DNA of 63,704 nt, the filler included, from Octopus bimaculoides (taxonomy: Eukaryota): assembly GCF_001194135.2 (NCBI RefSeq). It is 6 parts of 5 records of this genome, joined end to end, with 100 filler letters (N's around TTAATTAATTAA, not from the genome) between each part and the next. Parts side by side here need not be neighbours in the genome. Positions count along the whole stretch, not along the records: positions 1 to 24,530 come from NC_068989.1; 5 more parts are not named here. One strand, 5' to 3'. The position numbers were made by a program, and so were the translations under genes. A model generated the notes under the pieces. It saw only the letters and a list, made by a program, of their open reading frames with translations, did not search any database and had not been told where the DNA came from. Position 1 is the first letter of the stretch, and every line of letters starts with the position of its first letter. This document shows, piece by piece, positions 1 through 10,186 of this stretch.

Positions 1-72
1 GGAACCGGTATTGAGGAAGGATAGAAAAATAATAGATTTATAAGCCTTAAAATTCACCCCATAATTGCCCAC

Positions 73-145
73 GGGCATATGGCGTAGTGGTTAAGAGCGC
101 GGGCTACTAACCCCAAGGGTCCGAGTTCGATTCACGGCAGTGACC
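73..145 (+). pseudogene. tRNA-derived module inside PLE (A box TGGCGTAGTGG, B box GAGTTCGATTC; anticodon loop CTACTAA)
   Basis: tRNA-length segment with Pol III A/B boxes. The acceptor stem is poor and ACT is not a standard eukaryotic Ser anticodon, so it is not a functional tRNA. Confidence 0.75.
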
Positions 146-236
146 TGATTAATAATAGTAATAGTAATAATAATAATAATATAATAATAATAGTAACATC
201 GATAGGAATGAGAACCCAGGTTCGAAATTTCCCCAA

Positions 237-282
237 GACACCTGACGAAGGCTGGAGGGTATATCAGCCGAAACGTTGTGTT
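237..282 (+). ncRNA. Minimal type-I hammerhead ribozyme
   Basis: GACAC-CTGACGA-A-GGCTG(loop)CAGCC-GAAAC-GTT-GTGTT. Stem I GACAC/GTGTT, stem II GGCTG/CAGCC, loopless palindromic stem III (AACGTT) as in dimer-acting PLE HHRs. Confidence 0.85.
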
Positions 283-506
283 AACAACAAACAAGATGAG
301 GACGAATATCCGTCAAATGTAAATAATGTAAATAATTCCTCATCTCTTAAATATAGAACTGTAATATATATATATACATACATAAATTTAGATTCAAGTG
401 AATATGGTACTTAAGTTTAGACACCAGAATTTAGTATGCTATTATAGATACAGTTTCAAAATAAGGTGATTAAAGTCAAAATAGGCAACAAGGATATCCA
501 AAGTTA

Positions 507-579
507 ATGCAGTACGATCGTTTCATGCGACTCCATTTAATTAAGCAATATAAACATTACATGCAATCTTGAGCTGCAC
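507..579 (-). ncRNA. Degenerate type-I hammerhead (core CTCAAGA, G5>C)
   Basis: Minus strand: GTGCAG-CTCAAGA-TTGC...CGCAT-GAAAC-GATC-GTA-CTGCAT. 6-bp stem I and palindromic stem III. Confidence 0.6.
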
Positions 580-934
580 AAAGATATAGAAATTTAATGA
601 AATTACATTTAAACAGGACATATTCTTATATTTAAATCTAAACTCTCCAAGTAGAAAGAAGGAATACAAAAAACCATTTTGACTTAGCCAGACCATACAG
701 GCTAGTAAATAATTCTAAGCAGATTTTTCACTGTCACTGATTTTATTTGTTTTCTTTTGGTTCTGCTTTATGGACTATCTTATCAGACCTAATGATTCAA
801 AGCTTAAGAGGACACTGGCATTTTCTTTTTAGGGTAAGGAGTAAACAGTATAGACAGTAAACATGGATGATATAATTATAAATTTTCTTAGGGTTTGGTG
901 ACAAACTACTATAGGTGGGGAGGTTTCTCTAATA

Positions 935-1113
935 GGCGATCTTTCGATTTGATGTGAAGAAACGTCACATGGATTTTGTTTACATCTAATCGGCTAACCC
1001 TAACCATAACCCTAAACCTAACCCTAAACCTAATCCTAACCCTACCGATTAGATGTAAACAAAACCCATGTGCTTTTACTGGACGTTTCCTCACATCAAA
1101 TCGAAAGATAGCC
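935..1113. mobile_element. MITE with ~60-70 bp TIRs, 8-bp TSD and telomere-like (CTAACC)n core (Merlin/hAT-type TSD length)
   Basis: Arms 935-993 and 1045-1113 are reverse complements with one 10-bp indel. CTCTAATA is duplicated at 927-934 and 1114-1121. Core 994-1044 is degenerate CCCTAA/CCTAAA. Confidence 0.8.
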
Positions 1114-1130
1114 CTCTAATATATATATGT

Positions 1131-1340
1131 TCTCTTTTACTCTTTTATTTGTTTCAGTCATTTGACTGCAGCCATGCTGGAGTACCACCTTTAGCCCAAC
1201 AAATTGATCCCAGGACTTATTCTTTGTAAGCCTAGTACATATTCTATCGGTTTCTTTTGCTGAACTGCAAAGTTACAGAGACATAAGCACACCAGCATTG
1301 GCTGTCAAGCAATGGTAGGGAGACAAGGACAGACACACAA

Positions 1341-1390
<50 letters not shown>

Positions 1391-1545
1391 CAGGCTTCTT
1401 TTAATTTCTGTCTTCCAAATCCAGTCACAAGGCTTTAGTCGGCCTGAGGCTGTAGTTGGAGACACTTGCCCAAGGTGTCATGCAGTGGGACAGAACCCGG
1501 AACCATGTGATTGGTAAGCAAGCTATTTACCACAAAGCCGCTCCT
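1131..1545 (-). mobile_element. tRNA-derived SINE, family 1 (internal CA microsatellite), near full length
   Basis: Reverse complement matches 12471-12790 and 55971-56342, with a tRNA-like head and GACTGAAACAAATAAAAGA tail. Confidence 0.85.
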
Positions 1546-1559
1546 GTGCCTACAGGCTT

Positions 1560-1855
1560 TATACTATAGCTTCAGGCAAACCAAAGCCTTGTGAGTGGAT
1601 TTCATGCATGGAAACCGAAAGAAGTTTGTTGTGTATATGTGTATATTTGTGTGTGTCTCTGTCTGTCTGTGTTTGTACTCCCACCACTGCTTGACAACTG
1701 ATGTTGCTGTGTTTATGTCCCCGTAACAGTTCAGCAAAAAAGGCCGATAGAATAAGTACTAGGCTTACAAAGAATAAATCCTGGGGTTGATTTCTTCGAC
1801 TAGAGGCAGTACTCCAGCATGGCTGCTGTCACATGACTGAAACAAATAAAAGACC
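1560..1855 (+). mobile_element. SINE family 1, headless copy, inverted relative to 1131-1545
   Basis: TATAGCTTCAGGCAAACCAAAGCCTTGTGAGTGG ... GACTGAAACAAATAAAAGA. Confidence 0.8.
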
Positions 1856-1859
1856 AATA

Positions 1860-1899
<40 letters not shown>

Positions 1900-2892
1900 N
1901 NNNNNNNNNNNNNNNNNNNNNNNNNNNNNNNNNNNNNNNNNNNNNNNNNNNNNNNNNNNNNNNNNNNNNNNNNNNNNNNNNNNNNNNNNNNNNNNNNNNN
2001 NNNNNNNNNNNNNNNNNNNNNNNNNNNNNNNNNNNNNNNNNNNNNNNNNNNNNNNNNNNNNNNNNNNNNNNNNNNNNNNNNNNNNNNNNNNNNNNNNNNN
2101 NNNNNNNNNNNNNNNNNNNNNNNNNNNNNNNNNNNNNNNNNNNNNNNNNNNNNNNNNNNNNNNNNNNNNNNNNNNNNNNNNNNNNNNNNNNNNNNNNNNN
2201 NNNNNNNNNNNNNNNNNNNNNNNNNNNNNNNNNNNNNNNNNNNNNNNNNNNNNNNNNNNNNNNNNNNNNNNNNNNNNNNNNNNNNNNNNNNNNNNNNNNN
2301 NNNNNNNNNNNNNNNNNNNNNNNNNNNNNNNNNNNNNNNNNNNNNNNNNNNNNNNNNNNNNNNNNNNNNNNNNNNNNNNNNNNNNNNNNNNNNNNNNNNN
2401 NNNNNNNNNNNNNNNNNNNNNNNNNNNNNNNNNNNNNNNNNNNNNNNNNNNNNNNNNNNNNNNNNNNNNNNNNNNNNNNNNNNNNNNNNNNNNNNNNNNN
2501 NNNNNNNNNNNNNNNNNNNNNNNNNNNNNNNNNNNNNNNNNNNNNNNNNNNNNNNNNNNNNNNNNNNNNNNNNNNNNNNNNNNNNNNNNNNNNNNNNNNN
2601 NNNNNNNNNNNNNNNNNNNNNNNNNNNNNNNNNNNNNNNNNNNNNNNNNNNNNNNNNNNNNNNNNNNNNNNNNNNNNNNNNNNNNNNNNNNNNNNNNNNN
2701 NNNNNNNNNNNNNNNNNNNNNNNNNNNNNNNNNNNNNNNNNNNNNNNNNNNNNNNNNNNNNNNNNNNNNNNNNNNNNNNNNNNNNNNNNNNNNNNNNNNN
2801 NNNNNNNNNNNNNNNNNNNNNNNNNNNNNNNNNNNNNNNNNNNNNNNNNNNNNNNNNNNNNNNNNNNNNNNNNNNNNNNNNNNNNNNNNNNN

Positions 2893-5359
2893 GCCAGGAA
2901 GGCGATGCTGGGCACAGGTGCCATCACGATTTCGCTTTCACTTGCCTCAACAGGTCTGTGCAAGCCGAGTTTCGTGTCCAATGAAGGAGACGCCGTTGGC
3001 ATGGGTGCCAGTCGTCGAATTTAGTTCGATTTAGATTTCACTTGCCTCAACAGGTCTTCGCAAGTGGAGTTTAGTATCCAATGAAGGAAGGTACGCATAA
3101 GTGGACTGGCTGAAGCCTTAGATTTAGGTCTCACTTGGTTTGCCGGGTCTTCTCACGCACAGCATATTTCCAGAAGTCATCGCCTCGGTGAGGCCCAATG
3201 TTTGAAGGTCGTGCTTCACCGCCTCATCCCAGGTCTTCCTGGGCCTACCTCTTCCACAGGTTCCCTCAACTGCTAGGGTGTGGCACTTTTTCACACAGCT
3301 ATCCTCATCCATTCTCGCTACATGACTATACCAGCACAATCGTCTCTCTTGCACACCACAACTGATGGTTTGTAAGTTCAACTTTTCTCTCAAGGTACTT
3401 ACACTCTGTCGAGTATGCACTGACATTACACATCTATCGGAACATACTGGCTTCATTCCTTGCGAGCCTACGCATGTCCTCAGCAGTCACAGCCTATGTT
3501 TCACTGTCATGAAGCATGGTTGTTCGTACACATGCGTCATACAGTCTGCCTTTTACTCTGAGTGAGAGGCCCCTTGTCACCAGCAGAGGTAAGAGCTCTC
3601 TGAACTTTGCCCAGGTTATTCTTATTCTAGCAGCTACACTTTTAGCGCACCCTCCCCGCTACTAACTTGGTCACCTAGATGGCAGAAGCTATCAACTACG
3701 ACTAGTTTTTCTCTATGGAATGTGGGAGAAGTTGTTTTCTGCACATTTACAGGGTTTATAGCTCCTGAACATCTGCTACATACAAAAACTAACTTCCTAG
3801 TTAACCTTCCTTTGACATTGCTGCACCTCTTATGTGTCCATAGCTTGCATCTTATAGAGTTTCTACCTACGCCTTTTCTACAGATTGAGCAGGGCCAGCT
3901 ACCTGAAGGAGTATGTATTTTGTCTACCTTCCTATTTATTAGGACTTTGGTTTTAGCTAGATTGACTCTAAGACCCTTCGATTCTAGTCCTTGCTTCCAC
4001 ACCTGAAACTTCTCCTCTAGTTCTGATAGTGACTCAGCAATTAGTACAAGATCATCAGCATAGAAGAGCTCCCAGGGTATCTTGTCTTGAATTCCTCTGT
4101 TATCGCCTGGAGGACTATGATAAATAGGAGGGAGCTGAGGACTGAACCTTGGTGGACCCCTACATCTACCCGGAATTCTTCACTGTACTCATTGCCAACC
4201 CTCACCTTACTGACAGCGTCTCTGTACATGGCTCGCACAGCTCTCACTAACCATTCTTCTATCCCTAGTTTCCTCATTGACCACCAGATAAGGGGATCGG
4301 GGGACCCTGTCAAAGGCTTTCTCCATGTCAACGAAAGCCAAGTACAGAGGTTTATCTTTGGCTAGGTATTTCTCCTGCAGCTGTCTTACCAGAAATATAG
4401 CATCAGTGGTGTTTCTCCCTGGCAGAAACTCAAACTGCATCTCGTCTAAACTGACTCTCTCCCTAATTAGTTGGGCTACGACCCTCACCGTGACTTTCAT
4501 TACCTGATCCAACAACTTGATACCTCAGTATACCTGGTTAACAATACGGGTGACTAGACTATAGCCGACTCTGCCAGATATTTTGAGCATCTCTGCAGTG
4601 ATTCCTGAAAGGCCGGGGACTTTCCCTGTCTTCATACTCTTAATAGCTTTATCTACCATGGTACTGTCAACTTGAAACGCTGGTCCCTCTGTTGGGTCGA
4701 CATTTGGCAGACTCTCTTTCTCCCATTCATTCTCTTTATTGAGCAACCTTTCGTAGTGGCGTCTCCATACCTCTTTCTTTGCAGCCTCATTTAGTGCAAG
4801 CGTACCATCATCCATGCGAACACATTTCTCTCCTACGACATCACAATTCTCTCTCACACACTGTCTTGCAACATGAAATACCTCAAGTCTTTGGTCCTCA
4901 CGGCGCAAAACATTGGCAAACTTTTTCTTATCTGCCTCCTCTCTGGCTAAATAAACTTGTCGCCTAGCTTCCCTTCTGGCAGTCTGATACAATTCCCTGC
5001 TACCACCGTTCTTCCAAGCCAGTTTCTTTTGTCTAATAGCCCTGTCAACCACATTGTTACACCACCACGTTATTTTGGGTCAAGAGGGGACTTTGCACCA
5101 TCCACAGATCTGGTTCATGGCCCTCAGCAGGTTGTCCCGTAGAAACGTCCAGTTGTTTTCTACATCGTGTGAAGCTACTTCCCCTTCTATTTTGTCAAAG
5201 GCTTAGAGTAATAAGTCTCTAAATCTCTGTCCATTCGCAGGATCTTTGAACTTCCAGACCCTTCTCCTCCATGCTGGTCGTCTTCTGGGCAACCACTTAG
5301 CCCTGATCCTGAAGTCACTAACTACTAGTCTATGTTGTGGGGTACATTCTTCGCCAGGG
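2893..5359 (-). mobile_element. RTE-clade LINE, frameshifted (end of APE endonuclease, RT, 3' UTR)
   Basis: Minus-strand frames give PQHRLVVSDF (EN end), QFEFLPGRNTTDAIF, LAFVDMEKAFDRVP, GVHQGSVLSSLLF, YADDL and GRGRPRKTW. Confidence 0.95.
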
Positions 5360-5625
5360 AAGGTTTTGGCATTTATAAGNNNNNNNNNNNNNNNNNNNNN
5401 NNNNNNNNNNNNNNNNNNNNNNNNNNNNNNNNNNNNNNNNNNNNNNNNNNNNNNNNNNNNNNNNNNNNNNNNNNNNNNNNNNNNNNNNNNNNNNNNNNNN
5501 NNNNNNNNNNNNNNNNNNNNNNNNNNNNNNNNNNNNNNNNNNNNNNNNNNNNNNNNNNNNNNNNNNNNNNNNNNNNNNNNNNNNNNNNNNNNNNNTATAT
5601 ATATATATATTATAGATATATATAT

Positions 5626-5950
5626 TCTTTTATTCTTTTACTTGTTTCAGTCATTTGACTGTGGCCATGCTGGAGCACTGCTTTTTAGTTGAGCAAATCG
5701 ACCCTTGGACTTATTCTTTGTAAGCCTAGTATTTATTCTATTAGGCTCTTTTTGCCAAACCGCTAAGTTATGGGGATTTAAACACACCAGTATCGGTTGT
5801 CCAGCGATGTTGGGGAGACAAAAACAAACACACACACATACTTATATATATATATAAATATTAAGAAATAAGAAATATATATATATATATATATATGTAT
5901 GTATATGTATATGTATATGTATCTGTACATGTATACATACAATGGGCTTC
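5626..5950 (-). mobile_element. SINE family 1, 3' part; interrupted by PLE at 5951
   Basis: Matches the 3' half of 1131-1545. Confidence 0.8.
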
Positions 5951-6023
5951 TTACAGCACTTACCTAGCATACCTAATCCTTGAGATCACCTGTGAACTAA
6001 ACCCCCAAACTTTGTATAAATTG

Positions 6024-7460
6024 TGTTTGTCTAGAACTAAGTTTTAATAGGTGTTCCTTAGTTCTAGTGTTGGGTATAAATCTAATCTTCTGGGAGAAAC
6101 ATCTAGCAGTTAGAGGTTGGTTATAGTAATTGATGTAGTTATTGAAGATTTCCTCAATGGTGGATAGATAAAATATTCTGATGGATAAGCCATTCATTAT
6201 GCTCTTGAAAGTAGATTTATGCTGGCTAGATTCTGTGCTGATGTATTTAAGATATTGATTGGGCTTATGATATGGGAAGTATAGTGAAGAGTTTAAATCT
6301 AATATAACATCTAGAAAATTTGCTGTCCTGTAAGAGTTTTCAAAAGAGGTAGATAAATTGAAGTCGGTGAAGAATTTATGTAAGCGTTTTCTAGTTTTTT
6401 CTAATGCAGATTTTGTTAGGCCAGTTGTAATTATCTCTATATAAACTTTCTTTGATGTGGGAGAATTGTGCGTGGAGCTGTTGAAGGAGGTACAGTCTGA
6501 CTAGATCTGTGACCTGAGCGGAGTCGGATGAGCCCGTGGTTATATCAAAGAAGTTGCTTCTTTTAGTATTGAGGTTAACATGGGACCAAAGCTTATTATC
6601 AAAGGTTATGAGGGTCTGCCTGGCAGATAGAATTACATCAATTTCTAAGAAGGTTATATTGGTTAGGTTTTTAGCTAAGGTAAGGGCGTTTTTAAGGAAG
6701 ATAGGTGATATAGAGGTGTAGTAATTGTTGATGTCAGATTGTAGGAAAGTGGATGCGTTTTTTTTTAAGCAGCTAGAACCAAGTGATAAACTCGCCTGTG
6801 CAGGACCACAGGTTTACATTTAGTTTCTCTCTAATAGAGGGTATGACTCTGTCCAGTATATTTTTGCTGATTTGTCCTAAATTTGATTTGGTGGAGCAGA
6901 TGAGTCTAATGGAGGGTTTGGTTAAGAAGTCTGGTTTATGGTCCTTAAGACTGAAGTGTGGTGTTCTTGGGTTGTAGGGCTCAGTGCAGTTGTTGACTTC
7001 GAGTGTATTTACAAGCTTGCATTGGTTGATTGTGGAGCTGTCCTATAGGATTTGTGTAGCTACTTAATAAATTCAAGATATTCCTCGAAAGTAAGAGAAT
7101 ATAAGTGCACAGTTTTGTTAGAGAAGATGGGCATCTTGGGTGATGAGGCAATCCTATTGATTGTATTGGAAAGAAGATTTGTGTTTAAAAAATTTTTTAT
7201 TCTTAATCATGTTAAGGATATCAGTTTCCAATTTATCTACGTGAAGGTTGTGAGGAGGGTTTTTGTATGACCTAAGGTTATATTTATTATCATTGCTTTC
7301 ATCTGGCTTGTATTTATTATGGTAAAAGAAGGCCTTCCATCTCATTCTTTGGATAAGATCATTTGTTTTGCTAAGTAATAGTAGGAGAAAAGTTTTTTGA
7401 GATGGAATGGGTCAGATGCCAAGGAATTGTTTGTCCATAGTGAGCAGTACTTGTATTGAG
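6024..7460 (-). pseudogene. PLE reverse transcriptase pseudogene
   Basis: PIPSQKTFLLLLLSKTNDLIQRMRWKAFFY, SISPIFLKNALTLAK..EIDVILSARQTL, FDITTGSSDSAQVTDLVRLYLL, SLYRD (YRDD-type catalytic motif, decayed), FLDVILDL. Confidence 0.85.
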
Positions 7461-7691
7461 TGCTCTTGCATGGCAATTTATACAAAGTATGGGGGTTTTG
7501 TTCACAGGTGATCTAAACAGTTAGATAAGTGCTGTAATGGATTACTAGGACTCCAAGGTTGTAGCCAAGATGGTAGTTATGGAGCCATTGCAGATTTCTG
7601 AAATAGCAGATGTATAATTGTTAAAGAGGACAACAAATGTTAAGGCAAGGATAACATCTCAAGTCATATGTATAACTATTATTGGAAAAAA

Positions 7692-7747
7692 GTCTTATTA
7701 GTGTTTCTGGGATATCCCAGAGTATGGGATATTCCATAATCAGAGAC
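7692..7747 (-). ncRNA. Degenerate type-I hammerhead (CTGATTA, G8>T; ATA triplet)
   Basis: GTCT-CTGATTA-TGGAATATCCCA-TACTC-TGGGATATCCCA-GAAAC-ACTA-ATA-AGAC. Confidence 0.7.
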
Positions 7748-8239
7748 AAATAGGGAAAATGAAAATGGTATAGATTAATGAAATGACAACATAGCGGACT
7801 GGAGTAAAGGAATAAGGAGATAAAGAGAGAGAAGGAAAAAGAAGCATAAAAGTTCAACTTTCTGATGTTATAGAAATAAGTGCATAAGTCCTTAAGTGCA
7901 ATCCTGCATAGATCCATGAGAGTTAAAGTCCTGATATTGTAAACATCCAGAAAAAGATGTGAACTTATCAATATTCAATAACAGAATGGTAGCGGATATG
8001 GCTATTAAGTGGTAAAAGGAAAGAAAAGTAAATAAATATAAAGAGAGGTTGATAGAGTGAGGGGGAAAGTTAAGGATTGACTTTAGGATAAAGTAAGATA
8101 TATAAGCATATAGTGTCTAAGAATATGGTGTACAAGGGTAGCCAAGAAGATAAGAAAGGGGATGAGGATGTAGAAGAAGATAATGTAAAAAAATAAACAA
8201 AATAGAGCACAACGTAAAGAATTTAAAGAGAGTAGTAGA

Positions 8240-9213
8240 CTTAAGGAACACCTCTTAAAACTTAGCTCTAGACAAACATACACAAATAATGGAAATCCTA
8301 CTACAGTCAGACAATCTTGCCCACCTAGCACCCACATGCATAAGACTCAATCTACAAACACTAATACTAGACTTTCCAACTCTCCTCTAACATTCACTAG
8401 GAATTACACCTCCCCAAACTTGCCTAATAAAAATGGTGGGAGATCTATTCTCTTGTATACACCTCCATTCGCTTTAAATGTCAAGCAAGGGCCTCACTAA
8501 AGCATTCTTTAAAATAGTAGAATCTAATTTCCCTTATAACCACAAGTACCATTCTTTCTTTTACAGATCCACTTTGAAATTATCCTATTCATCTACACCA
8601 AATATAGAATCTATTGCCACCTCATCTAACAAACGTAAACTTAGCTCTTACTATCTGAAAGGCATACAACCCTACCATAGACCTATACAATGAAAACGCT
8701 AACACCAATTGCAATAACATATCTTATGCCCCTGGCCCAACCACTTTAAACAACTTAAGCATACATAATATAATCCCCACCTCTGAAGGTAATGGGCACA
8801 CACCTGAAACCAATGCAAACACTAATAGGCACACTGATGCTAACAATACTAACTATATTATAACCACTACGACTAATAATACCTATACATCAACTGTTAA
8901 TAGAACTAGCAATCATATTAATACTAGCACCAATGGCAATATTACCATTACAGAAAATAATACTAATACTAACACTCCTACCACAAATGATACTACTAAT
9001 AGTTGCAATAGTAACATCACTAACACCACCTCCTCTACCACTGCTAATACTAACACTACTACCAATGGTACTACTACTGCTACTGCTACTGCAACTACTG
9101 CTGCTGCTACTACTATTACTATTACTAGTAATACTACTACTGCTACTGCTACTGCTACTGCAACTACTGCTGCTACTACTATTACTATTACTAGTAATAC
9201 TACTACTACTACT
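8240..9213 (+). mobile_element. Inverted PLE ORF segment (RT-to-endonuclease linker plus Asn/Thr-rich extension)
   Basis: ILLYTPPFALNVKQG..KAFFKIVESNFPYNHKYHSFFYRSTLKLSYSSTPNIESI resembles the PLE linker consensus (WFNPP.S.NV.T..G..F..LI.KHFP..H..HK.FNR.T.K.SYS...N). Confidence 0.7.
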
Positions 9214-9425
9214 AGTAGATCCATGTGGATTAAAGTCCTGATATTGTAAATATCCAGAAAAAGATGTGAACTTATCAATGTTCAATAACAGAATGGTAGG
9301 AGAGGTGGCTGTTAAGTGGTAAAATGAAAGTAAAGTAAATAAATAGAAAGAGAGGTTGATAGAGTGAGGGGGCAAGTTAGAGATTGGCTTTAGGATAAAG
9401 TAAGGTATATAAGCATATAGTGTCT
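9214..9425 (-). mobile_element. Second copy of PLE pLTR segment
   Basis: Near-identical to 7910-8118. Confidence 0.85.
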
Positions 9426-9669
9426 AAACCTTAACCCAATAAATCCCCCCCCACCACCACCGCGAATAACACCCACATACAAACCCCTATGATCATTAAC
9501 ACATACCTCTCTATATCTCTTCTATCTACCTTATCTCTTATATCTATCTTACCTCATTACTTTATGAGATAAATATTGATTCTTTATAAGATACAGAAAT
9601 AAATTTATTTCTCAAATGCGTGATAATGCTATAAATAGTGTGATCAAGATAAATTATCCATACATTACT

Positions 9670-9742
9670 GGCCAGCCATGAGACTCGAACTCACATCTCT
9701 GTGATTACACGTCAAGTGTTTTACCATTAAACTAAACTGCCC
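9670..9742 (-). pseudogene. tRNA-derived module (Thr(TGT)-like loop)
   Basis: GGGCAGTTTAGTTTAATGGTAAAACACTTGACGTGTAATCACAGAGATGTGAGTTCGAGTCTCATGGCTGGCC: 73 nt with A box and B box (GAGTTCGAGTC) and a weak anticodon stem. Confidence 0.7.
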
Positions 9743-10186
9743 AACAACGAATTCTTCTGCAATTTTAGAACTTATAAGTTTAGCTTCATAAGACGCTAAC
9801 GTTAAATTCAACTTTATGATGAAATTGATGTGTCTTTAATTTATTTTTAAACCTTAACCCAATAAATCCCCTACTATTTAATCCTAATTCCTAAATAACT
9901 TAACATTCAAATACCATAAATCCTCGAGTATAATCCGCATTTTTTTCCCAAAATTTAAAGGTCAAAATACCTAGTGCGTACTATATACGAGGTTAAAAAT
10001 GAAAAATATTTTCTAAGCAATGTCCGAGTCTCTATTTGCTGTCTGGCAATATTTATTCAGATGCATTTTGTGGTGTCAGGCACGAAAATACCTTAAGCTA
10101 AGCCTGAAAGCAATGAAATCATAAAAGAATCATCCATAACTTAAGCAACATTTATTATAATAAAAGTATTCAGAACACAGAATAAC

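Larger units (their letters stand above)
1..360 (+). mobile_element. Penelope-like element 3' end / pseudo-LTR (GIY-YIG tail, tRNA-like module, AAT run, HHR)
   Basis: Opens with ..EPVLRKDRKIIDL*, the same terminus as the GIY-YIG fragment at 20886-21165. Colinear with 21110-21327, and carries an HHR at 237-282. Confidence 0.8.
5951..8240 (-). mobile_element. Penelope-like element: pseudo-LTR with HHR followed by decayed RT ORF
   Basis: pLTR ~8240-7540 is shared with 11640-12260 and 9214-9425; HHR at 7692-7747; ORF remnants follow. Confidence 0.85.

Noticed and set aside
73-145. Functional tRNA gene (also 9670-9742, 21183-21255, 31543-31615)
   Set aside because: Acceptor and/or anticodon stems are imperfect, and all are embedded in repeats.
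8890-9375. Poly-Ser, poly-Val and poly-Leu ORFs
   Set aside because: Alternative frames of the same ACT/GCT trinucleotide tract.
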